Of a DNA stretch of 64,000 bases, positions 56,920-64,000 are shown in pieces. Under the pieces are notes generated by a model that searched no databases, was not told where the DNA came from, and was given only the letters and a program-made list of their open reading frames with translations. Position numbers and translations under genes: made by a program. This DNA is from Planctomycetota bacterium (GTDB lineage Bacteria > Planctomycetota > UBA1135 > UBA2386): assembly GCA_046290465.1 (NCBI GenBank), contig JBKAGP010000001.1, positions 832,001-896,000 on the forward strand, given 5' to 3'. Every line of letters begins with the position of its first letter. Within the stretch, counting starts at the first letter, position 1.

Positions 56920-59900
56920 ATGCGACGTCCCCTCCTTGCCATTGCGTCTTCCGGCCTGCTGGCGTTCGCGCCGACGGCCGACCTGTCCGCGCAGACCCGG
57001 CTGCTGCGCCACCCCGACATCCACGAAGACCAGATCGTGTTCACGTACGGCGGCGACCTGTGGCGCGCGTCGGTCGACGGCGGCACCGCCACCAGGCTGA
57101 CGGCGACGCCGGGCGTCGAACTGTTCGCCAAGTTCTCGCCCGACGGCCGCTGGATCGCGTTCACCGGTCAGGTCAACGGGGACGAGCAGGTCTGCGTGAT
57201 CCCGAGCGATGGCGGCGAGATCCGCCAGCTGACCTGGTACCCCGCGGACGGCCCGCTGCCGGCGCGCTGGGGCTACGACCACCAGGTCTACGGCTGGACC
57301 CCGGACGGCACCGCGGTGCTGTTCCGCAGCCTGCGGCAGGCGTGGACGCTGACCGGCGGCCGCCTCTACACCGTCGCGCTGCCGGCCGTGGCGCGGCGCC
57401 GCGGCGCGCTGCCGGTGCCGCTGCCGATGCCCGAGGCCGGCGCCGGCGAGTTCTCGCCCGACGGCGAACGCATCGTCTACGCGCCGCTGTTCCGCGACTT
57501 CCGCACCTGGAAGCGCTACCAGGGCGGCTGGGCGCAGGACCTGTTCGTGTTCGACCCGCAGACCAAGCGGGCGACCAACATCAGCAACCACGTGCGCACC
57601 GACCGCGACCCGATGTGGATCGGCGACCGGATCTGGTTCGCCAGCGACCGCAGCGGCACGCTCAACCTGTGGAGCTACGACTTCGCGTCGCGGACGGGCA
57701 ACCAGGAGACCGGCGGCACGACCTGGGACGTTCGCTGGCCGAGCGCCGGCGGCCCGCAGGACCGCCGCATCGTCTACGAGAAGGGCGGCCAGCTGTGCTG
57801 GCTCGACACCCGGACCCGCGAGGAGCACCGCATCGAGGTGCGCGTGCCCGACGACGGCATCTCGCAGCGGCGCCAGCTGGTCGACGCCAAAGACCAGATC
57901 GAGGGCTACGACCTGAGCCTGGGTGGCCGCCGCACCGCGTTCGCCGCGCGCGGCGAACTGCTGACCGTGCCCAAGGAGCACGGCGACGTGCGCAACCTCA
58001 GCAACACCCCCGGCGCGCACGAGAAGCACCCGTCGTTCTCGCCGGACGGCGCGACGCTGGCGTTCGTCAGCGACCGCAGCGGCGAGGAACAGATCTGGCT
58101 CGTCGACCACCTCGGCGAACGGCCGGCGCGGCAGCTGACCCGCGGCCTGCGCGCGATGCTCTACGAGCCCAACTGGTCGCCCGACGGCAAGCGGATCGCG
58201 TTCGGCGACAAGGACGGCGTGCTGCGCATCTGCGAGGTCGCGACCGGGACCCTGACCGAGGTCGCCGACGAGCCGCGCGGCCAGCTGCGCGACCACCGCT
58301 GGTCGCCGTGCTCGGGGCACCTGACGTTCTCGATGAGCGGCGCGACGCCGCTGCCGCAGGTCTACGTCTACACGCTCGCCGACCGGCAGCTGCGCTGCGT
58401 CTCGCGACCGCTCAGCAACGACAGCTCGCCGGTGTTCGGCCCGCGCGGCGAACGGCTGTTCTTCCGCGGCCTGCGCGGCTTCCAGCCGCGCCTGCCCGGC
58501 GCCTACGAGTGGGACTTCCAGATCGACCGCGGCTACGGCATCTACGCGCTGGCGCTGCGCAAGGACCTGCCGGCGCTGTTCGGCAAGCGCAGCGACGAGG
58601 CGGTGGCGGCCGACGAGCAGGACGAGCCGCCGAAGTTCGACGCCCCCATCGCGATCGACTTCGACGGCCTCGCCGACCGCGTCGAGCAGGTCCCGGTCGA
58701 ACTCGACAACTATTGGGGCCTGAGCGTCGCCGACGGCCACCTGATGTATGCCAGACGCGGCGGCTCGTACTACGGCCGCGGCAGCGACAAGCCGACGACC
58801 CTGCACGCCTACTCGCTGCGCGACCGCAAGGAGGCCGAGCTGGCGTCGGGCATCGGCGGCTACTCGCTGTCGCCCGACGGCAAGCACGTGCTGATCCAGA
58901 AGGGCGCGACGTTCGCGGTCACCAAGGCGTCGACCGCCGGCAAGGACGGCCAGCAGCAGCTCGACCTGTCGCAGCTGCGCACCACCAAGGTCGCGGCCGA
59001 CGAGTACTGGCAGATCTTCCACGAGGTCTGGCGGCGCTACCGAGACTTCTTCTACGTCGCCAACATGCACGGCCACGACTGGGTCGAGCTGCGCGAACAG
59101 TACGCGCCGCTGGTCGCCCACGTGCGCCACCGCAGCGACCTCAACCACCTGCTCGGCGAGATGATCGCCGAACTCAACGTCGGCCACGCCTACGTCGCCG
59201 GCGGCGACCTCGGCGCACCCGATCGGCCGCGCGTGGCGCTGCCGGGCGTCGTGCTCGAGTTCGACACCGCCGCCAGCCGCTACCGCGTCGCGCGCCTGCT
59301 GCGCGGCGAGAACGACAGCGAGGCCTACCGTTCGCCGGCGTCGGCGGTCGGCGTGCAGCTCAAGCAGGGCGACTACCTGCTGGCGATCGACGGCCACGAG
59401 CTGCAGCCGCAGGACAACCCCTACGAGCTGCTGCAGGGCAAGCTGTCGCGCACCGTGCACCTGACCGTGCACGGCCAGCCGTCGCTGCAGGACGCGCGCA
59501 CGGTCGCGATCGAACCGATCCGCAGCGAGTCCAACCTGCACTACCACGCGTGGGTCGAACGCAACCGCGCCCGCGTGCACGAGCTCAGCGAAGGCAGGCT
59601 CGGCTACGTGCACCTGCCCAACATGGGCGCCGACGGCATCCGCGAGTTCCTGCGCCAGTACTACCCGCAGCGCGACAAGCAGGGCCTGGTCATCGACGAC
59701 CGCTACAACGGCGGCGGCAACGTCAGCGAGATGGTCATCAACCGGCTGTCGCGCGAACTGATGATGTGCACGTTCGGCCGCACCACCGGCTACGACCCGT
59801 ACCCGAACTCGCTGTTCCACGGCCACCTGATCTGCCTGCTCAACCAGACGTCGGCCAGCGACGGCGACATCTTTCCGGCGATGTTCCGCCGCGCGAAGCT

Positions 59901-60201
59901 CGGCAAGCTGGTCGGCAAACGCAGCTGGGGCGGCATCATCGGCATCACCAACCGCGGCATGCTGATGGACGGCGGCACCGTCAACGTGCCGGAGTTCGGC
60001 AACACCGAGCCGGGCCCGGCGTGGACCATCGAGGGCTACGGCGTCGACCCCGACATCGAGGTCGACAACGACCTCGCGTCGCTGCTGCGCGGCGAGGACC
60101 CGCAGCTGCAGCGCGGCGTCGCAGAACTGCTGCAGCAGATCGCGGCCGATCCGCGCTCGCTGCCGAAGGCGCCCCCCGCACCCGTGAAGACCGGTCGATG
60201 A
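56920..60201 (+). CDS. Tricorn protease (S41 family) with PD40 propellers and PDZ domain
   Basis: LLRHPDI..IVFTYGGDLW, WKRYQGG, ELNVGHAY, IDDRYNGGG, SASDGDIF (catalytic Ser), IEGYGVDPDIEV. Confidence 0.95.
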   Translation: MRRPLLAIASSGLLAFAPTADLSAQTRLLRHPDIHEDQIVFTYGGDLWRASVDGGTATRLTATPGVELFAKFSPDGRWIAFTGQVNGDEQVCVIPSDGGEIRQLTWYPADGPLPARWGYDHQVYGWTPDGTAVLFRSLRQAWTLTGGRLYTVALPAVARRRGALPVPLPMPEAGAGEFSPDGERIVYAPLFRDFRTWKRYQGGWAQDLFVFDPQTKRATNISNHVRTDRDPMWIGDRIWFASDRSGTLNLWSYDFASRTGNQETGGTTWDVRWPSAGGPQDRRIVYEKGGQLCWLDTRTREEHRIEVRVPDDGISQRRQLVDAKDQIEGYDLSLGGRRTAFAARGELLTVPKEHGDVRNLSNTPGAHEKHPSFSPDGATLAFVSDRSGEEQIWLVDHLGERPARQLTRGLRAMLYEPNWSPDGKRIAFGDKDGVLRICEVATGTLTEVADEPRGQLRDHRWSPCSGHLTFSMSGATPLPQVYVYTLADRQLRCVSRPLSNDSSPVFGPRGERLFFRGLRGFQPRLPGAYEWDFQIDRGYGIYALALRKDLPALFGKRSDEAVAADEQDEPPKFDAPIAIDFDGLADRVEQVPVELDNYWGLSVADGHLMYARRGGSYYGRGSDKPTTLHAYSLRDRKEAELASGIGGYSLSPDGKHVLIQKGATFAVTKASTAGKDGQQQLDLSQLRTTKVAADEYWQIFHEVWRRYRDFFYVANMHGHDWVELREQYAPLVAHVRHRSDLNHLLGEMIAELNVGHAYVAGGDLGAPDRPRVALPGVVLEFDTAASRYRVARLLRGENDSEAYRSPASAVGVQLKQGDYLLAIDGHELQPQDNPYELLQGKLSRTVHLTVHGQPSLQDARTVAIEPIRSESNLHYHAWVERNRARVHELSEGRLGYVHLPNMGADGIREFLRQYYPQRDKQGLVIDDRYNGGGNVSEMVINRLSRELMMCTFGRTTGYDPYPNSLFHGHLICLLNQTSASDGDIFPAMFRRAKLGKLVGKRSWGGIIGITNRGMLMDGGTVNVPEFGNTEPGPAWTIEGYGVDPDIEVDNDLASLLRGEDPQLQRGVAELLQQIAADPRSLPKAPPAPVKTGR

Positions 60202-61388
60202 GTCGCGGCCCTCGACAACCAGGTGGCGCACGCGGCCGCAAGCTGCCGGAGCTGCGGCTCAAGGTGCGCGCGCTCGGCCGGCATCCGTGGTTCTACCGCA
60301 AGATGATCCAGAAGCCGAAGGAGCCGCTGCCGGCGGGCTCCACGGTCAAGGTGCGCGACCGCGAGGGCCGCCTGGTCGGCACCGGCTTCTACAACCCGCG
60401 CGCCGAACTGGCGCTGCGCATGTTCTCGGACGGCGAGGTCAAGGATCCCCAAGGCCACTTCGTCGAGCAGCTCAACCAGGCGATCCTGCTGCGCGAGGAG
60501 GTCCTGCAGGTCACCCGCGTCACCGACTCCTACCGGCTGGTGCACGCCGAGGCCGACGGCTTCCCAGGCCTGGTCGTCGACAAGCTCGGCACCGCGATCG
60601 TCGCCCAGGTCGCCTCGCTCGGCATGCAGCAGCAGCTCGAGCCGCTCGGCGAGTCGCTGCTGCGGCACTATCCGAAGAGCCGGCTGGTGCTGCTGCAGGA
60701 CAAGGACTGGGCCGAGCGCGAAGGCATGGACAAGCTGCCGCGACCGAGCCCGGTGCACACGGTGGTTCGCGAGCACGGCATCCGCTACCAGGTGCAGGCC
60801 GGCACCGGCCACAAGACCGGCTTCTTCGCCGACCAGCGCGACAACCGGCTGACGGTGCGCATGCTGGCGCGCAACCGCGACGTGCTCGACCTCTGCTGCA
60901 ACAGCGGCGGCTTCGCGATGAACGCGGTCAAGGGCGGCGCCGTGCGGGTGCTGGCCGGCGACCTCGACGAGGCGATGGTGGCGCAGACCGAGGCCAACGC
61001 GAAGCAGAACAAGCTGTCGCTCGACTGCGTGCACGCCGACGCGTTCGACATGCTGCGCGAGGCCAAGCCGGGCCGGCACGATCTGATCGTGCTCGACCCG
61101 CCCAAGTGGGTCGCCAACAAGAACGAGATCGACCAGGGCCTGCAGCGCTACCAGGACCTCAACCGGCTCGGCTTCGAGAAGGTCGCGCGCGGCGGCATCG
61201 TCGTGACCTGCTCGTGCTCGGGCAGCGTCAGCGAAGAACGGTTCGTGCGCATGCTGCGCGAGGCGGCGGCCGCCGCGCGCCGCGACGTGCGCGTCACCGC
61301 GCTGCGCTCGGCCGGCGGCGACCACCCGTTCGCGCTCGAGTGCCCGGAGACCCGCTACCTCAAGGTCGCGTTCCTGCAGGTGCGCTGA
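60198..61388 (+). CDS. rlmI: Class I SAM-dependent rRNA m5C methyltransferase (RlmI-like)
   Basis: HPWFY PUA domain, RLVHAEADGFPGLVVD, GHKTGFFADQRDNR, DLIVLDPP, TCSCS, ETRYLK. Confidence 0.88.
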   Translation: MSRGPRQPGGARGRKLPELRLKVRALGRHPWFYRKMIQKPKEPLPAGSTVKVRDREGRLVGTGFYNPRAELALRMFSDGEVKDPQGHFVEQLNQAILLREEVLQVTRVTDSYRLVHAEADGFPGLVVDKLGTAIVAQVASLGMQQQLEPLGESLLRHYPKSRLVLLQDKDWAEREGMDKLPRPSPVHTVVREHGIRYQVQAGTGHKTGFFADQRDNRLTVRMLARNRDVLDLCCNSGGFAMNAVKGGAVRVLAGDLDEAMVAQTEANAKQNKLSLDCVHADAFDMLREAKPGRHDLIVLDPPKWVANKNEIDQGLQRYQDLNRLGFEKVARGGIVVTCSCSGSVSEERFVRMLREAAAAARRDVRVTALRSAGGDHPFALECPETRYLKVAFLQVR

Positions 61389-61576
61389 TGCACGTGTTCC
61401 GGATGTCGCTCGGCTGGCAGCTGTGCCTGTGCTCGATCCCGGTGCTCGGCTGCGCCGCGATGATGGTCGGGATCGCGCCGTCGCTGCTGTTCGACGAGGC
61501 TCCGTCCGAGCCCGAGCGGCTCGGGCCCGAGAGCCCCGCCCGGGCGACGCTGGCCGGGCTGCGCTTCGAGGACTGA
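61388..61576 (+). CDS. Small membrane protein (62 aa)
   Basis: TGATG coupling to rlmI; one hydrophobic segment. Confidence 0.45.
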   Translation: MHVFRMSLGWQLCLCSIPVLGCAAMMVGIAPSLLFDEAPSEPERLGPESPARATLAGLRFED

Positions 61577-61634
61577 CGGCGCGAATCGGCCGGCACCGGC
61601 CTCGACCCACCCCACGGGGAACCCAAGGACGCTG

Positions 61635-62105
61635 TTGCTGTGGCTCGTCGCGACGACGCCGCTCTCTGCGCAGGCGTGGATCACCGCGCCGGCCACGCCG
61701 ATGCCCGAACGCCACCTGGCCTCGGTCGCCTACGACCCGGCGGCGGCCCGCGCGGCCGTGTTCAGCGGCAACACGCTGCTGGCCGACACGTGGAGCCTGC
61801 AGGACGGCCAGTGGACCGACCTGACCGGCCCGATCGCACCGCCGCCGCGGTCGTCGGGGGCGATGGCCTACGACCCGGTGACCGGTGGCCTGCTGCTGTT
61901 CGGCGGCAGCGCCAGCGGCACCGATTCGCTGCTGCTCGGCGACACCTGGCTGCTGCTCGGCAACACCTGGCAGCCATTGTCGCCGAGCAACTCCCCGACC
62001 GCGCGCTGGGCCCACGCGATGGTCTACGACCAGGCGGCCGGCCGCGTCGTGCTGTACGGTGGACGCGACGTCAGCGGCCTCGGCGCGACCATTGGCTGGC
62101 AGTAG
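61635..62105 (+). pseudogene. Kelch-repeat protein fragment, probably truncated
   Basis: Only ~2.5 Kelch repeats (AYDP...FSG..DTW; MAYDP..LLFGG..DTW; MVYD..LYGG) before the stop; weak TTG start. Confidence 0.6.
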
Positions 62106-62152
62106 CGGCTGCCAGTAGCGGCCCGCGGTCGCCCGCCGGCCGCCGCCCACGG

Positions 62153-63022
62153 TCACTGGAAGCGGTCGAGGAACCGTTCGAAGCCGATCTCGCGGCACAG
62201 CGGAGCGAGGTCGGGGGTGACGCCGCGCCACTGCAGGTCGTCGAGCGATTCCTGCAGCGGCACGTCGGTGCGCAGCGTCGCCAGCGTGCGATACAGTTCG
62301 GCCTCCGAGCGGTGTGCGCGCAGCACGTCGGCGAGGCCCTTGCGGCCGCGCACCTCGACCTGCCAGTCGTCGGCGTCGTCGGGGATCTGCTCGAGGTGGC
62401 CGTAGCCGACCAGCACGGCGGCGGTCGACTTGGCCCCCCACTTGGGCAGGCCCGGGATGCCGTCCTGCGCGTCGCCGACCAGCGCCAGGTAGTCCGGGAT
62501 CGACTCGGGCGGCACGCCGAACTTCTCGTAGACGGCGTCCTCGTCGTAGAGCTTCTGCTGCTTGCGGTCGTACTGCACGACCTTGCCGCCGACCATCTGG
62601 CCGAGGTCCTTGTCGGGCGTGCAGATGTAGACACGCTCGACCCGTTCGTCGGCGGCGAACCGCACCGCGCCCGCGGCGAGGCCGTCGTCGGCCTCGAACT
62701 CGACCATCGGCCAGACCACGCAGCCGAGCGCCTGGACCGCGCGCTCGGCCAGCGGAAACTGCGCCCACAGGTCCTCGTCCATGCCTTCGCCGGTCTTGTA
62801 GCCGTCGAACAGCTCGTTGCGGAACGACTCCACCACCGTGTCGAACGCGACCGCCACGTGCGACGTGAACTCGTCGCGCAGCAGCGCCCCCATGCTGGAC
62901 AGGAGGCCGCGCACGGCGCCGACCTCGCGGCCGTCGGGGGCCTGCGCCGGGGGCGCACCGAAGAAGCTGCGGAACAACTCGTAGGTGCCGTCGACCAGGT
63001 GCACGTTGACGCGCGCGGACAT
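62153..63022 (-). CDS. Stand-alone 5'-3' exonuclease / flap endonuclease
   Basis: HLVDGTYELFR, SFRNELFDGYK, FEADD, DKDLGQ, DYLALVGDAQDGIPGLPKWGAKS. Confidence 0.93.
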   Translation of the reverse strand: MSARVNVHLVDGTYELFRSFFGAPPAQAPDGREVGAVRGLLSSMGALLRDEFTSHVAVAFDTVVESFRNELFDGYKTGEGMDEDLWAQFPLAERAVQALGCVVWPMVEFEADDGLAAGAVRFAADERVERVYICTPDKDLGQMVGGKVVQYDRKQQKLYDEDAVYEKFGVPPESIPDYLALVGDAQDGIPGLPKWGAKSTAAVLVGYGHLEQIPDDADDWQVEVRGRKGLADVLRAHRSEAELYRTLATLRTDVPLQESLDDLQWRGVTPDLAPLCREIGFERFLDRFQ

Positions 63023-63042
63023 GCACGACATCTTGCCGCGGC

Positions 63043-63612
63043 GTGTTCGACGTCGACACACAACTTCGACAACGGCTGCGAGAAGTCGGCGGCTGGCAGC
63101 CGACCGAGCTGCGCCGCGCCGCCGTGCTGTGCCCGATCGTGGCGCGGGACGGGGTCGACCACCTGCTGTTCGGACTGCGGCCGCAAAGCCGCGACGCGCA
63201 CGCCGGCCAGATCGCGTTTCCGGGCGGCAAGGTCGAGGGCGACGAACGGCCGGTGGAGACCGCGCTGCGCGAGTGCCTCGAGGAGGTCGGCATGCCGCCC
63301 GAGAACGTCACCCCGCTCGGCGAACTGCCGCCGCGCACCAGCACGTCGCGCTTCTACGTGCACTGCGTGGTCGGGCGGGTGCGGCCGTTCGAGCTGCGGC
63401 TGGATCCACGCGAGGTCGATCGCGCCCTGTTCGTGCCGCTGCCGGACCTGCAGCGCGCCGACCGCTGGCGCGAACTGCCGCCGCCGGTGCCGACCCGCGT
63501 CGCGCAGCCGCGCACCAGCCCGCACTTCGTGTTCGGCGAGGATCGCATCTGGGGGCTGACCGGCCGGTTCGTGCGCGAACTGGTCGGCCTGCTCGGGGAG
63601 CTGCGGCCGTGA
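63043..63612 (+). CDS. Nudix CoA pyrophosphatase (NudL-like)
   Basis: AAVL, HAGQIAFPGGKVE...ALRECLEEVG, IWGLTG. Confidence 0.9.
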   Translation: MFDVDTQLRQRLREVGGWQPTELRRAAVLCPIVARDGVDHLLFGLRPQSRDAHAGQIAFPGGKVEGDERPVETALRECLEEVGMPPENVTPLGELPPRTSTSRFYVHCVVGRVRPFELRLDPREVDRALFVPLPDLQRADRWRELPPPVPTRVAQPRTSPHFVFGEDRIWGLTGRFVRELVGLLGELRP

Positions 63613-64000
63613 TCCCGCGCCTGGTGGCCCTGCTGCTGCTGGCCGGGATCGTGGTGTGGGTGCTGCAGCGCCGCCGCTGTGCCGCCGCAGCGATGCGGCG
63701 TGCTGGTGGCGACGGCGACCTGTTCGACGAGCTGCAGCAGCACTTCGAGCAGGTCGAGCAGGCGCGCGAGCAGGCGAGCCACTGGAGCGATCGCGAGGTG
63801 CGGCTGGCGGTCGAGCAGTACCTGTTCAAGATCGCGCACAGCGACGACGACGGCGACCTCGGCCGGCAGATCGCGCAGCAGCCGCAGCTGGCGCGCAAGC
63901 ACGCGCTGGCGACGCTGCGCGACCCGGACATGCAGACCCGCCTGCAGAAGCGCGAACGCAGCGAGACGCCGTGGGTGCGCGCCTGCCGGCTGCTCGACGC
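63609..64000 (+). CDS. Hypothetical membrane-anchored protein, 3'-truncated by the window edge
   Basis: GTGA overlap with the upstream stop; MIPRLVALLLLAGIVVWVLQRRR; frame stays open to the window end. Confidence 0.65.
   Translation, partial: MIPRLVALLLLAGIVVWVLQRRRCAAAAMRRAGGDGDLFDELQQHFEQVEQAREQASHWSDREVRLAVEQYLFKIAHSDDDGDLGRQIAQQPQLARKHALATLRDPDMQTRLQKRERSETPWVRACRLLD

Noticed and set aside
56793..61388. 1531-aa ORF suggesting a giant N-terminal extension of the methyltransferase
   Set aside because: The upstream part is an alternative frame over the tricorn gene; the real gene starts at ATG 60198, overlapping the tricorn stop.

Overview
Very GC-rich bacterial chromosomal window, probably from an uncultured Planctomycetota lineage (inferred from the DUF6288, DUF4388/PEGA and Ser/Thr kinase content and the style of the secreted proteins). 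I call about 45 CDSs and 2 tRNAs (Leu-TAG, Glu-TTC). No transposase, integrase, prophage or CRISPR array is visible. Main blocks: (i) a diacetamido-sugar-type operon with an epimerase-aminotransferase fusion; (ii) tRNA-Leu, ferredoxin, ThiF/MoeB and cysteine desulfurase; (iii) a receptor Ser/Thr kinase near a 1206-aa membrane protein that combines a FliM-N-like peptide, DUF4388, an MshEN-type motif, PEGA and a PQQ-like propeller; (iv) a sigma54-driven PEP-CTERM lipoprotein; (v) an ~18 kb minus-strand type IV pilus/T2SS-like operon (FHA protein, PilM-PilN fusion, PilO-like, TPR protein, GspG-like pilin, four minor pilins including a 1727-aa PilX/GspK-like protein with repeated beta modules, Zn-finger protein, parvulin) with no ATPase, platform or secretin gene; (vi) two tandem secreted paralogs with a near-identical N-terminal kilobase, a divergent middle domain and a shared C-terminal domain; (vii) housekeeping genes (ScpB, RluA-family, RsmE, RlmI-like, tricorn protease, 5'-3' exonuclease, two Nudix enzymes, NhaC). 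An ~85-bp structured non-coding element occurs twice, 24 kb apart. All family assignments come from motif recognition by eye, not from database searches.
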